Shown: positions 1-10,710, counted from the stretch's first letter. The stretch: DNA of 64,000 bases from an uncultured Gammaproteobacteria bacterium (GCA_964352335.1 CAYGRO010000003.1:24798-88797); one strand, 5' to 3'. Numbers and translations are program-made. The notes: generated by a model from the sequence alone, not told the origin.

Positions 1-833
1 CCAAGCTCATAATTAATACACATCAAATCAAAATACTTCCATAAAACATCTAAATGATCTGGCCTAATATTTGTAACTGTTACTGGATTTCCACAAAGAG
101 CTGCCAAAATTGCGAATGTCCCTGCTTCAATTCTATCTGGGATGATTTCTGTTTCACCACCTGATAAAGACTCAACCCCCTCTACAATAATTGTTGGTGA
201 ACCAGCACCTGTAATTTTTGCTCCGATAGAATTTAAATATTCAGCCATTGCCACAACTTCTGGCTCCATGGCAGCATTTTTAATTCTTGTTGTCCCTTCT
301 GCTAATACAGCCGCCATTAAAATAGCTTCTGTTCCTGTATGTGTCACCCATTTAAATGTATAATCTACAGCTTGCAATCTTTTTTCTGAAGTAATGACAT
401 AAGAATAGGGATTCGTTTTTACTTTAGCCCCCATCGAATAAAGAAAGTCTAATGTCATATCAATTGGTCTACGCCCGATTGAATCTCCACCTGGATGAGG
501 AAAATGCACTTCTTTAAATCTATGTAAAAGCGGAATAATAAATAAAAAAGATGCCCGCATTTTTGCGACCAACTCTACTGGCAATTTTCCGTCTTTAATC
601 GCGGCTGGTTCAATTTTAAGAGTTCTCTCATCTCTCGTTACTTTTCCACCTAATTCTGTTACAATATCAGACATCATTTGCACATCTAAAATTGCAGGAA
701 TATTTGTTAATGTACATGGTTCTGTACTTAATAAAGCGGCTGGAATCATTTTTAAAACATGGTTTTTAGCACCATAGACAGGAATTTCACCTTGCAATTC
801 TTGTTTTCCTTTGATAAGAAATGTATCTGACAT
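1..833 (-). CDS. murA: UDP-N-acetylglucosamine 1-carboxyvinyltransferase (3' end runs off window)
   Basis: Manual translation from ATG at 833: MSDTFLIKGKQELQGEIPVYGAKNH...MRASF...PGGDSIGRRPID...NAAMEPEV...IPDRIEAGTF, all MurA motifs. Not in the ORF track. Confidence 0.95.
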   Translation of the reverse strand, partial: MSDTFLIKGKQELQGEIPVYGAKNHVLKMIPAALLSTEPCTLTNIPAILDVQMMSDIVTELGGKVTRDERTLKIEPAAIKDGKLPVELVAKMRASFLFIIPLLHRFKEVHFPHPGGDSIGRRPIDMTLDFLYSMGAKVKTNPYSYVITSEKRLQAVDYTFKWVTHTGTEAILMAAVLAEGTTRIKNAAMEPEVVAMAEYLNSIGAKITGAGSPTIIVEGVESLSGGETEIIPDRIEAGTFAILAALCGNPVTVTNIRPDHLDVLWKYFDLMCINYEL

Positions 834-894
834 ATAATTAAATAAAGAGTTACACTGTTAATAACGGCAAAAAGCCTTAAATCTTACAAATAGC

Positions 895-2220
895 ATGACT
901 TTAACCCATCGAAGAATTTTAACATTTATCCTATTTTTATTGCTTATCTCTGTTGGCCCTGGCCTTATTTTTTATGGCGCTGGGTATAGAGTTAATATAA
1001 AACAAAAACGCATTGAACGCGTTGGACTTTTACATATTACAACAGATCCTGAAAATACGACAATTACCATAGATGGTCAATCTCACCCTATTTCAAACGA
1101 GCTTGTTTTGAGCAGTTTACAGCCAAAAGAATATGATATTGTCATTTCTAAAAATGAATACCATTCTTGGTATAAACGCTTAGAAATATTTCCTGGTGAA
1201 TCAACATTTATTCGTGATCTTCAGCTCTTTGTCGACAACCCCACGGAACTCATTACTTCTATTACACAAAACCCTGTCGAGCTTGCAACCACAAATGACT
1301 ATGCCTATTTTCAATCTGCTAATTCTTTAATGCAATTTGCATTTGCATCTGAAAAACTTACACAACACCCACTCGCCAACCAATTTGAAATTATTAATTT
1401 TCAAACAGATTCAAGTGGAAAAGCAGTCTTTTTACAAAATGCTATTTGGTATTATTTTGATGGATCAACTATTGCCCCACTAGATGTTAGATATCTAAAA
1501 GAAGATGTCAGTAAAATTTTTGTAGAAGGAAATCTTTTACATATCATTACTGAATCGGGAATTTATTCTGCATCTCCTCAAGAAGAGAATGCAAGTCTAA
1601 TCGTACAACAATCTTTTATACAAACACTTTTTGTTGCAAATACTCAATATTGGTTTATTGCCTATGAGCCATCAAAGAAACATAGTTTTTTGTATAAAGT
1701 TGTAAATGAACAATCACGCCCTGAATTAATAACTACATTACCCTACCAAGACCAGTATCTAATTAAAGAAAATTTTGATGGCTTTTTAACTCTTTCTTCT
1801 CCTGAAGAACTAAAAATTATTCTTGTTGATAGCAATACTTTACCCGCTATCACAGAAGAAATTCGTTCAATTAAAAACTGGCAATGGTCAAAAAACAGAA
1901 AACAACTATTGGTCGCAACTGATTTTGAATTATTGATCTTTCACTATAATGAAGCAAGAAGACAAGAATTATTGATGCGTCTTAGCAAACCGTTTTCTGA
2001 TGCCGCCTGGGAAACAAACGAAACCCATACATTCTATATTGCTGATGACCAATTGCAATTAGTCGAAAGAGATGAACGGTTCCAAAGAAATACAATCCTC
2101 CTAACAGAAAAGCTGCCTGAGTTACAAATCCTTGCAACTCCAATATCTGGTAAAACTATTTACTTAACCTCTATAAACTCAAATGGTGAGCTTTCAATTT
2201 TGAAACAAAACCTTAGATAG
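895..2220 (+). CDS. Membrane-anchored PEGA-domain protein with probable beta-propeller
   Basis: N-terminal TM helix, then GYR...GLLHITTDPENTTITIDG...LQPKEYDIVISKNEYHSWYK (PEGA-like), then beta-rich repeats. Confidence 0.7.
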   Translation: MTLTHRRILTFILFLLLISVGPGLIFYGAGYRVNIKQKRIERVGLLHITTDPENTTITIDGQSHPISNELVLSSLQPKEYDIVISKNEYHSWYKRLEIFPGESTFIRDLQLFVDNPTELITSITQNPVELATTNDYAYFQSANSLMQFAFASEKLTQHPLANQFEIINFQTDSSGKAVFLQNAIWYYFDGSTIAPLDVRYLKEDVSKIFVEGNLLHIITESGIYSASPQEENASLIVQQSFIQTLFVANTQYWFIAYEPSKKHSFLYKVVNEQSRPELITTLPYQDQYLIKENFDGFLTLSSPEELKIILVDSNTLPAITEEIRSIKNWQWSKNRKQLLVATDFELLIFHYNEARRQELLMRLSKPFSDAAWETNETHTFYIADDQLQLVERDERFQRNTILLTEKLPELQILATPISGKTIYLTSINSNGELSILKQNLR

Positions 2221-2223
2221 TCG

Positions 2224-3303
2224 TTATAATTCGACAAAAGTATTTTCCCCAATAACCAATTTATGGCCACTAGGAAGTGAGTGAATCGTTGAATGAACTG
2301 TACAGTTTTGACCTAAAATACTATCAACAATTCGTTCTTTTGTATCTATTGAAACACCATCCATTACAATAGAATGTTCAATTTCTGCTCGTTTAAAATT
2401 TGCATTATTTCCAATGGATGTATACGGACCGATATACGTATCTTCAATTATACAATTTTCACCAATAACAACTGGCCCACGAACTACAACATTTTTTCCA
2501 ATAACAGAACCTTTTCCAATTTGTACTAACCCTTGGATAATAGAATCTTCATGTACAGCTCCCTCAATTTTATGTTCAATTGTATGCATGACTAAACTAT
2601 TTCCCTCTAATAGTGCTTCTGGTTTTCCTGTATCTTTCCACCAACCAGTTACTTCGCTTACCGTCACTTTATGACCATTATCGATTAACCATTGGTGAGC
2701 AGGAGGTGGATAGTATTCGGCAATTGAACTATTCCCTTTTACTACAGGCTCTACATTTTCCATTGCCTCAAAAATTTCTGGACGATAAAAATAAATGGCC
2801 GTTACCGCTAAATTGCTAATAAATTCTTGTGGTTTTTCTACTGTTTTTGTAACAAGTCCATTTTCTACAACAGCTACTCCAAATCTTTCTGGATTATCTA
2901 CTTTTGTTACTAAAAGATGGGCAGCAGAATCTGATGCAAGAAATTCGTCATAATATTTTTTTATCCCGCCAGAAAGAATATTATCACCACCAAAAAGTAA
3001 AAAAGGTTCATTTCCTAATAATTCTTTGGCTAATAAAATTGGATACATCATTCCATTTGGTTCTGGTTGTTCAATATATTGAATGTTCAATCCCCATTTT
3101 GAACCATCTCCAATCGCATTGGGAATTTCTTTATCTCCTTTATTTAAATTGATAATCACATCTTTGATTCCACAGTCAGCAATATCATCTAAAACACGAA
3201 AAATCATGGGTTTCCCCGCGATCGGAATAAGATGTTTATTGATTGTATTGGTAATTGGCCGTAATCGAGTACCGCGACCACCAGCTAGGACAAGTGCTTT
3301 CAT
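2224..3303 (-). CDS. rmlA: Glucose-1-phosphate thymidylyltransferase, long form
   Basis: LAGGRGTRLRPIT, KHLIPIAGKP, EKP, WWKDTG motifs and C-terminal hexapeptide repeats; next to rmlB. Confidence 0.9.
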   Translation of the reverse strand: MKALVLAGGRGTRLRPITNTINKHLIPIAGKPMIFRVLDDIADCGIKDVIINLNKGDKEIPNAIGDGSKWGLNIQYIEQPEPNGMMYPILLAKELLGNEPFLLFGGDNILSGGIKKYYDEFLASDSAAHLLVTKVDNPERFGVAVVENGLVTKTVEKPQEFISNLAVTAIYFYRPEIFEAMENVEPVVKGNSSIAEYYPPPAHQWLIDNGHKVTVSEVTGWWKDTGKPEALLEGNSLVMHTIEHKIEGAVHEDSIIQGLVQIGKGSVIGKNVVVRGPVVIGENCIIEDTYIGPYTSIGNNANFKRAEIEHSIVMDGVSIDTKERIVDSILGQNCTVHSTIHSLPSGHKLVIGENTFVEL

Positions 3304-3395
3304 ATAGATATGATTCGAATAGACGAATTAATACTAATCTACGAATTTACTGCGAATATACGAATAAAACCACAGAAAAGGCCTAATTGTCAACT

Positions 3396-3971
3396 CTAGA
3401 GCAAATGAGGGAAAGCTAACATTAGACAAGATAGGGTAAAACCATCTGTAATTTTTCCTGTTTGTACCAGTTCAAAGACTTGATCAATATCAAGTAATTC
3501 TACCGTCATCCCTTCTTCTGATTCATCTAATGTCGGTTCTGCAACCTTTTTACAACCAGAGATAAGATAAACCGTTGCGATATCATTTGAATGACCATTG
3601 GCAACATCAAACTCTCCAATGGGAAGATACGATTTACCTTCATACCCAGTTTCTTCTACTAACTCTTTTTTAATCACTTGTTCTGGTGTTGATGATAAAT
3701 CACCACCTCCTCCAGGCACCTCTAAAGAATCCCTTTGAGTCAAATATCTATACTGACGAACAAGAATAAGCTTCCTGTCTTCTGTTAATGCGATGGCTCC
3801 AACAGAAAAAACTTTCCCGACATAGAAGTAGTCGAATTTTTTTCCAGAATCAGTTTTTCCACTATCGTGTAAATAACTATACCAAGGGTTTTTATGTATT
3901 TCTTCCCTTTTTTCTAAACTCCATTTTGCTGTTTTTGATAATGGTTTTTGTTCTATAAGATCATCTGCCAT
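3396..3971 (-). CDS. NUDIX hydrolase (ADP-ribose pyrophosphatase-like)
   Basis: LVRQYR and Nudix box EVPGGG...KKELVEETGY; start moved to MADDL, which overlaps the rmlB stop. Confidence 0.85.
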   Translation of the reverse strand: MADDLIEQKPLSKTAKWSLEKREEIHKNPWYSYLHDSGKTDSGKKFDYFYVGKVFSVGAIALTEDRKLILVRQYRYLTQRDSLEVPGGGGDLSSTPEQVIKKELVEETGYEGKSYLPIGEFDVANGHSNDIATVYLISGCKKVAEPTLDESEEGMTVELLDIDQVFELVQTGKITDGFTLSCLMLAFPHLL

Positions 3972-4965
3972 ATTGATTTTTATACCATTCTTTATATGCT
4001 CCTGATTTAATTTTTTGCCACCATTCAGGATTGTTTTTATACCATTCAACAGTTTTTGCTAATCCCTCGTCAAAAGTAATAGAGGGATTCCATCCCATCG
4101 CTCGTAATTTACTTGAATCAACAGCATATCTTCTATCATGCCCAGGACGATCTTGAACATACTCAATTAATGATTCTGGCTTATCGAGCAATGAAAGAAT
4201 TTGTCTTGTTAGATCTAAGTTCGTTACTTCAGGCTCATTATCGGCTCCAACATTATAAATTTCTCCAGGCTTTCCTTCGTGCAAAACAAGGTCAATAGCA
4301 GAACAGTGATCATCTACATAAAGCCAATCACGAATTTGTTGCCCATCTCCATAAACAGGAACAGATTTGTCTTCGATGAGATTTGTAATGAACAAAGGGA
4401 TAATTTTTTCTGGATAGCAATACGGTCCGTAATTATTTGTGCATCTTGTAATCATTCCAGGAAAATCAAAGGTTCTATAAGCTGCGATGACTTGCACATC
4501 CCCACCAGCTTTAGAAGCTGAATAAGGACTACTTGGACGAATGGGAGAATCTTCTACCGCTTTTCCACCATTATCAAAATCACCATAAACTTCGTCTGTA
4601 GAAATCTGGAGATACTTTTTATGCCCAGCATCTCGAGCGGCTTGAATTAAGGCATAGGTTCCACGAACATCGGTATCAATAAAATCGAATGGATTTTGGA
4701 TTGACCGGTCTACATGTGTTTCTGCTGCAAAATTAATAATGACATCTACTTCATTTGCTAATTTACCTACGAGCTCATGATCAACGATATCACCTTTAAT
4801 AAATTTATATTGTTTATTGTTTTCAAAATCTGAAAGATTGTCTAAATTCCCCGCATACGTTAATTTATCAAAATTAAGAATATGATAATCGGGATATTTA
4901 TTTAACATATATCGAATAAAATTGGATCCGATAAAACCAGCTCCTCCAGTAACCATGATGCGCAT
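3961..4965 (-). CDS. rmlB: dTDP-glucose 4,6-dehydratase
   Basis: TGGAGFIGSN, DKLTYAGN, AAETHVDRS, STDEVYG, YSASK, DRPGHDRRY. Confidence 0.96.
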   Translation of the reverse strand: MRIMVTGGAGFIGSNFIRYMLNKYPDYHILNFDKLTYAGNLDNLSDFENNKQYKFIKGDIVDHELVGKLANEVDVIINFAAETHVDRSIQNPFDFIDTDVRGTYALIQAARDAGHKKYLQISTDEVYGDFDNGGKAVEDSPIRPSSPYSASKAGGDVQVIAAYRTFDFPGMITRCTNNYGPYCYPEKIIPLFITNLIEDKSVPVYGDGQQIRDWLYVDDHCSAIDLVLHEGKPGEIYNVGADNEPEVTNLDLTRQILSLLDKPESLIEYVQDRPGHDRRYAVDSSKLRAMGWNPSITFDEGLAKTVEWYKNNPEWWQKIKSGAYKEWYKNQYGR

Positions 4966-4967
4966 AT

Positions 4968-5510
4968 CTACTTTTTCTTTAAATAATCAAGAAATCTATA
5001 AGCCCCAACCATGGTTGGTGCCCCAGTTAATTTACCTTGTTTTAGCATGTTTTCAAATACATTCAAAGAAACTGCTTCTATTTGGGATATTTCATCATCA
5101 ATAATAGCATTATCGATCTTTTCTAATCGTTCAGCCACATAAACAAAGGCCTTACGATTTGTGACGCCAGGAAGAAGAAAAAAACTCCCTAGTGATTTCC
5201 ATTTTTTTGCTTTTAAGCCAGTTTCTTCAAGTAATTCTCTTTTTGCTGACATTAATGGTGTTTCATTTCTATCAACCATTCCTGCTGGAACTTCCCATTG
5301 ATATTTTTTAATAGGGTGTCTAAAGTTTTTTACCAAATACACCAGTTTTTTCTTTCTATCAAAAGCAATAATGATAACACCTGCATTCGCGGTCATCACA
5401 TAATAGATTTGTTTTTTTCCTTTTGTATTTTCAAACCGATCTTCTCGTATTTGAAAATACGGATTTTTATGAATTGATTTGCTGCTAAGATTTTTTTTAG
5501 GTTTACCCAT
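4968..5510 (-). CDS. NUDIX hydrolase
   Basis: WEVPAGMVD...AKRELLEETG Nudix box. Confidence 0.88.
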   Translation of the reverse strand: MGKPKKNLSSKSIHKNPYFQIREDRFENTKGKKQIYYVMTANAGVIIIAFDRKKKLVYLVKNFRHPIKKYQWEVPAGMVDRNETPLMSAKRELLEETGLKAKKWKSLGSFFLLPGVTNRKAFVYVAERLEKIDNAIIDDEISQIEAVSLNVFENMLKQGKLTGAPTMVGAYRFLDYLKKK

Positions 5511-5518
5511 AGAAATAC

Positions 5519-5932
5519 CTATTGCAAGTTAGCTCGAATACTATTGGCCAATGTTTTTCCTTCTTCTAAATCTAAACTTCCTTTTCCATGCCAAGGAATA
5601 CGACCATCATTTTCAAATCGAGGCATAATATGTAAATGCGTATGATCAACACTTTGAGAAGCTACTTTTCCATTATTCACCCCAAGATTAAATCCCTTTG
5701 CATCCACAGATTTCATGATGGCTTTAGAAAGTTGAGGAATAATTCGCATTAAACTAGCCGCTACATCATCTAGGGTTTCTGAAAGCATTGGATAATGTTC
5801 TTTTGGAATCACAAGAGTATGCCCGTTATTTACAGGATTAACATCTAAAAACGCTAAGATTTCATCATCTTCATAAACTTTGATTGCAGGAATTTCATTC
5901 GCAACAATTTTACAAAAAAGACAATTTTCCAT
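5519..5932 (-). CDS. HIT family (histidine triad) hydrolase
   Basis: CLFCKI, GHTLVIPK and HTHLHIMPR triad. Confidence 0.93.
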   Translation of the reverse strand: MENCLFCKIVANEIPAIKVYEDDEILAFLDVNPVNNGHTLVIPKEHYPMLSETLDDVAASLMRIIPQLSKAIMKSVDAKGFNLGVNNGKVASQSVDHTHLHIMPRFENDGRIPWHGKGSLDLEEGKTLANSIRANLQ

Positions 5933-5940
5933 AGATCTTA

Positions 5941-6567
5941 CTAGCTTAATAATAATGATTCTAGCTCTTTTGTATTATACAATAAATAATCAGGAGCGAC
6001 TTCTTTTAATTGTTCTTCTGTATTAAAGCCCCAAGTAACGGCAGCAGTTTGAACACCAACTTTTTTGCCTTCTTTTATATCACCAACAGTATCCGTAATG
6101 AAAAGTAACTCTTGTGGTTTAATTTTGAACTCTTCCAAAGCTAGTGCAATTTTTTTATCCTTATAAATAGAGACTTCCGGCCCCATATACATTGAAAAGA
6201 AAAGATCAATTTCTTCTCTCTCAAAAACAGGCATAATCAATGGAATAAAAGTGGAAGTATTAATAATCATAGGATACTGTTGTGCTAATTTCTGTAATGT
6301 TGATTTTATGTCATCGAATAAACTTAGATTATTGTAAGGCCCAATCAAGCCAGGTATTGAATCTTGCTTTACAGGAAGACTTGGGTCCACACCAATTTTA
6401 ACAAGAATATTCTCCCAAGAATTACCTTGAATAATTGAACGATATTCTTCTTGTGTAATGGTCTCGTTTGTTTTTTCAACTATAAAATTTTTTGCACTTT
6501 CAAAAGCATGTTCAAAAGAATCAATAATAGTTCCATCAACATCAAACATGAGTAATTTAGGTTTCAT
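5941..6567 (-). CDS. HAD-family hydrolase (phosphoglycolate phosphatase-like)
   Basis: FDVDGTIIDS motif I, ITDTVGDI, VTWGF. Confidence 0.88.
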   Translation of the reverse strand: MKPKLLMFDVDGTIIDSFEHAFESAKNFIVEKTNETITQEEYRSIIQGNSWENILVKIGVDPSLPVKQDSIPGLIGPYNNLSLFDDIKSTLQKLAQQYPMIINTSTFIPLIMPVFEREEIDLFFSMYMGPEVSIYKDKKIALALEEFKIKPQELLFITDTVGDIKEGKKVGVQTAAVTWGFNTEEQLKEVAPDYLLYNTKELESLLLS

Positions 6568-6667
6568 AAAATATCTACAGTTATTTTTTTAGAAAAATGC
6601 AGACCAAGTTTCCCCTAGTCTGCATCATCTGTATTTGTTTGACAAGCCTGAGTATCCTCACCCGAAG

Positions 6668-7951
6668 TTACCATTTTTTCTTTAGTTCTAGCTCGATTTC
6701 CATGAGTCTATTGTATTTTTCTACACGTTCTGACCGAGAAAGGCTTCCTGTTTTTATATATTCTGAATTTACGGCAACAGCAAGGTCCGCAATAGTTGTA
6801 TCCCCTGTTTCCCCTGAACGGTGAGAGATAATAACTTTATAACCATGTTTACGTGCTAATTTAATCGCATTCATGGTTTCTGTCATGGTTCCTATTTGAT
6901 TTACTTTAATCAAAATAGCATTTGCAACACCCATATCAATTCCTTTTTGCAAACGTTTTTCATTTGTCACAAAAAGATCGTCTCCAACAATTTGTACTTT
7001 TTTGCCCAATGCTTTTGTTAACTCGGCCCAATCTTCCCATTCACCTTCATCGAATGGATCTTCTAAAGAAATAATATGATACTTTTTAACCCATTCACCA
7101 AGCATTTTGATAATGGATTTTGCATTATGATACTTCTTCCCTGCTTTATCTTTTATTTTATAATCAAAGTCATACCCTTTTCCAATTTGGAAAAACTCAG
7201 AAGCAGCTAAATCTGAAGCAACAAAAACATCTTTTCCAGGTTTAAAGCCAGCGTCTTTAATCGCTTTAATAATATATTCCATGGCATGTTCATTGTTTTT
7301 AAGCGTTGGAGCAAAACCACCTTCATCTCCAACCAATGTCAAATAACCATCTTTGGCTAATAATGTTTTTAAGTGCTGGAATACTTCTACACCTTTCCAT
7401 ACACGCGACTCCATTGTTGGCCCTTTTGGCACAATCATGAACTCCTGAATTGATAATGGATTGTCTGCATGTTGCCCACCATTGATAATATTCATCATTG
7501 GTAAAGGAAACTTCCAACCAGTTGCTTTAACTCTATACATTGAACGCAAATGTTTATACAAAGGAATATTTTTCTGTTGCGCACCAGCTTTTGCACATGC
7601 AAGAGATACAGCTAAAATAGCATTGGCACCAAGATGTTTTTTATTATCAGTTCCGTCTAAATCAATCATTGCCTGATCAATTTGAGGTAACTTTGAAACA
7701 TCCATCCCTTTTAACTTTTTTTTGATGCTTTTATTCACATGCTCAACGGCTTTTTTTACACCTTTTCCATAAACTCGCTTTGCTTTATCTCGTAATTCCC
7801 AAGCCTCAAATGTACCTGTTGAAGCACCAGAAGGAACCGACGCATGAGCCATAGCCCCGCCTTGAAGAGTAACTTTCGCTTCAATTGTTGGCCAACCACG
7901 TGAATCGAGAATTTCTCTTGCTTTTATATCTTTAATTGCGAATTTATTCAT
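6668..7951 (-). CDS. eno: Enolase
   Basis: REILDSRG, VPSGASTG, GDEGGFAP, VGDDLFVTN, SHRSGET; start set at MNKF because the upstream extension lies in a repeat hairpin. Confidence 0.97.
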   Translation of the reverse strand: MNKFAIKDIKAREILDSRGWPTIEAKVTLQGGAMAHASVPSGASTGTFEAWELRDKAKRVYGKGVKKAVEHVNKSIKKKLKGMDVSKLPQIDQAMIDLDGTDNKKHLGANAILAVSLACAKAGAQQKNIPLYKHLRSMYRVKATGWKFPLPMMNIINGGQHADNPLSIQEFMIVPKGPTMESRVWKGVEVFQHLKTLLAKDGYLTLVGDEGGFAPTLKNNEHAMEYIIKAIKDAGFKPGKDVFVASDLAASEFFQIGKGYDFDYKIKDKAGKKYHNAKSIIKMLGEWVKKYHIISLEDPFDEGEWEDWAELTKALGKKVQIVGDDLFVTNEKRLQKGIDMGVANAILIKVNQIGTMTETMNAIKLARKHGYKVIISHRSGETGDTTIADLAVAVNSEYIKTGSLSRSERVEKYNRLMEIELELKKKW

Positions 7952-7957
7952 AATATG

Positions 7958-8014
7958 ACACATGGTGCATGACATATGTGGGGTTTATTGCCCTATGTAT
8001 CATGCACCATGTCT
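7958..8014. repeat. CATG-rich inverted repeat (related array at 15640-15756)
   Basis: acatggtgcatgacata...tatgtatcatgcaccatgt; the string atgtatcatgcaccatg recurs near 15739. Confidence 0.6.
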
Positions 8015-8022
8015 TATGGGAT

Positions 8023-8832
8023 TTATTTAACTTCGAAAACGATCGTTGCAGTTACATAAACATCTTGAGAGCCTGTTTCTAATTGTGGAGCAGGAACAGC
8101 AGTTTTTTGAACTGATTCAGCAGCCATGTCCATTGCACCACCGTAAAAAGGAACAGGATTATTTCCGTCATTTGAATATTCTGAGAAAGAAACAATTTTA
8201 CCTAGTTTCACACCAAGTGTTCTAGATAATTCATCTGCTTTTTGTTTTGCATTTTCTAACGCTTTTTGCCGAGCTTCTTCTCTATATTGTTCTGGTTCAT
8301 CAATAGTAAAGCTTAAACCACTAACTTGATTCGCACCACTATTACCAGCAGCTTGAATAACATCACCAGATTTTTCTAAGTCTCGAATAGTTACTTCTAC
8401 TGATTGTCGCACTTCATAACCATTAGAAACTCGTCCATTATCGGTATAATCATATAATGGGTTTACATTAAAGCTTGTTGTTTGCAGATCTTCTTCTTTG
8501 ATTCCTACTTCTTTTAAGGCAACCACAACTTGGTTAAATTGAGTAATATTTTCTTCTTGTGCTTCTTCAGCAGTATCTCGCTCTGTAACAATTGTCACAG
8601 TAACTTTTCCTAAATCAGGTTGAGCTGTAACTCTTCCCTCACCCATGATAGTAACAGTATCACGTTCTGTATCTAGTGTTCCTGTTGCCACCTTAATAAG
8701 CATGATAGAACCTGCAATTCCAAGCACAAGCAATGCCAATAAAATAAGATTGACTAACACTCCTGTAAAAGGATTGTTAAAATAGTTTTTCTTTTCCATA
8801 TTTTTTTGTTTAGACATAATTAATGATTTCAT
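8023..8832 (-). CDS. SIMPL/DUF541 family protein
   Basis: TM helix then TIMGEGRVTAQPD, FNVNPLYDY, GANQVSGLSF, REEARQKALENAKQKA...LGVKLGKI; exact start uncertain. Confidence 0.88.
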   Translation of the reverse strand: MKSLIMSKQKNMEKKNYFNNPFTGVLVNLILLALLVLGIAGSIMLIKVATGTLDTERDTVTIMGEGRVTAQPDLGKVTVTIVTERDTAEEAQEENITQFNQVVVALKEVGIKEEDLQTTSFNVNPLYDYTDNGRVSNGYEVRQSVEVTIRDLEKSGDVIQAAGNSGANQVSGLSFTIDEPEQYREEARQKALENAKQKADELSRTLGVKLGKIVSFSEYSNDGNNPVPFYGGAMDMAAESVQKTAVPAPQLETGSQDVYVTATIVFEVK

Positions 8833-9022
8833 TTATGTATTTGTATTATATCAAGAGTCAAGAAAACTACAAAGTTGCAAAATCGCACATCTACAAAAAA
8901 ATCCTTACCTTTTTGCAAATTTGCAATTTTGTCGTTTTGCAGTTTTTTACTAACATAAGTTTACGTATTTTCACTTTTGCCGTATAGTATTATTATCTAA
9001 ATGAGACTATTACCTAGCGTTT

Positions 9023-10303
9023 ATGGCAATTATTGAACCACAATTACTAAAAGGAACTCGAGATTTTGGACCGGAAGAAATGGCCAAACGTTTATTTATT
9101 TTAAAGAAAATGAGATCCGTTTTTAGCCAATTCGGATATGACGCCATCGAAACCCCAGCTTTAGAATATGCAAAAACAGTTTTAGGAAAATACGGAGATG
9201 AAGGAGACAAATTAACCTATACCTTTGAAGATCATGGTGGAAGAAAAATTGCTCTGCGTTATGACCAAACTGTACCAACAGCTCGTTTTGTTGCGGCTAA
9301 TCAAGGCACAATTGAATTCCCTTTCAAACGCTATCAAATCGGGCCAGTTTGGCGAGCAGATAAACCACAACGAGGGAGATACCGTGAATTTTACCAATGT
9401 GATATTGATATTGTTGGAACTGACAGTCTTTTAGCTGATGCAGAAATTGCTAAAGTGATTTATGCTGTTTTTGCAGAACTCGGGCTAAAGAAATTTTCTA
9501 TTCGACTCAATTCTCGAAAATTACTCGATGCGATTTTGGATACTTGTAAAATCAAAAAAGTAAACCGCATTGAAGTTATTCGGATAATCGACAAACTAGA
9601 TAAAATTGGATTAAACAAAGTAAAAACAGAATTAGCCAAGCATATTTCTAAAGAACAGGTAAAAGAACTTGTTTCTTTAGCATTAGATGAAAAAGTTCAA
9701 AACCAGATCAAACAGTTAGATGATTCTGAAGGAAAAAAAGAAATGGCTGAAATCTTAAACCATCTAAAAGCATTAGGAATCCCATCCAAACATATTAAAC
9801 TAGATCTCACTTTAGCTCGTGGACTGGATTATTATACGGGAATTATTTACGAAGTTGTGACAGATGATCTTTCTCTTGGTTCAATCTGTGGTGGAGGAAG
9901 ATATGACGATTTAACAGGGTTATTTAGTGTAAACAAATATCCAGGAACAGGCGTTGCCTTTGGTTTAGATAGAATCATGGTTTATATGGAAGAAAAAGGA
10001 ATGTTAAAAAACCTTATGAGAAACACCCAGGTTTTAGTAGCAAATTTTCCTGATACACTCAAAGAAAATATAGAGCTGGTAAATGAATTACAAAAAGCAG
10101 GTATGAATACAGAATTGTATCTAAATGATGCAAATTTAAAAAAACAATTTAAATATGCCGACAAAAAAGGTATTCCCTGGATGATTATTCAAGGAAGTGA
10201 AGAAGTCAAAAAGAAAAAAGTTGCTTTAAGAAATATGATGAGCGGAAAACAAGAATTCTTAACGGTAAAACAAGTTTTAAAAAAGTTAACAAAAGTAAAT
10301 TAA
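9023..10303 (+). CDS. hisS: Histidine--tRNA ligase
   Basis: KGTRDF, LRYDQTVP, RYREFYQCDID, LARGLDYYTG, GGGRYD. Confidence 0.97.
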   Translation: MAIIEPQLLKGTRDFGPEEMAKRLFILKKMRSVFSQFGYDAIETPALEYAKTVLGKYGDEGDKLTYTFEDHGGRKIALRYDQTVPTARFVAANQGTIEFPFKRYQIGPVWRADKPQRGRYREFYQCDIDIVGTDSLLADAEIAKVIYAVFAELGLKKFSIRLNSRKLLDAILDTCKIKKVNRIEVIRIIDKLDKIGLNKVKTELAKHISKEQVKELVSLALDEKVQNQIKQLDDSEGKKEMAEILNHLKALGIPSKHIKLDLTLARGLDYYTGIIYEVVTDDLSLGSICGGGRYDDLTGLFSVNKYPGTGVAFGLDRIMVYMEEKGMLKNLMRNTQVLVANFPDTLKENIELVNELQKAGMNTELYLNDANLKKQFKYADKKGIPWMIIQGSEEVKKKKVALRNMMSGKQEFLTVKQVLKKLTKVN

Positions 10304-10307
10304 AATT

Positions 10308-10694
10308 ATGAATCTACGAAACAAAAAACTCGTCATGGGTGTGCGAATCTTATTTGGTTTATTTATTCTCTACAGCGGAATTGGTGGATTTCTTGCTTCA
10401 GCTGCAGAGATGAAAGGCGTTCCAGAAGCAATGATAAATGCAACATTAGAATTACAAGCAAATGGATTATTTTACATGATCAAAATCACCGAAATTATTA
10501 CAGGTTTAATGCTCTTATTAAACTTCCGACCAGCTTTAGCATTATTAGGAATTGCACCAATTGGAGTTGGGGTCGTTGTTTTTAATGCAAATATTGCCCC
10601 AGCATTTGTTATCTCTGGAATTGTTGTTTGCCTTTTTACTGCTTTTCTTGGATATGCGTATTGGGATAAATACAAACCTCTGTTTGTAAAATAA
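10308..10694 (+). CDS. DoxX-like membrane protein
   Basis: Four hydrophobic helices; RILFG, EIITGLMLL, AYWDKYKPLF pattern. Confidence 0.65.
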   Translation: MNLRNKKLVMGVRILFGLFILYSGIGGFLASAAEMKGVPEAMINATLELQANGLFYMIKITEIITGLMLLLNFRPALALLGIAPIGVGVVVFNANIAPAFVISGIVVCLFTAFLGYAYWDKYKPLFVK

Positions 10695-10710
10695 ATTTGT
10701 TTTCAGTTTT

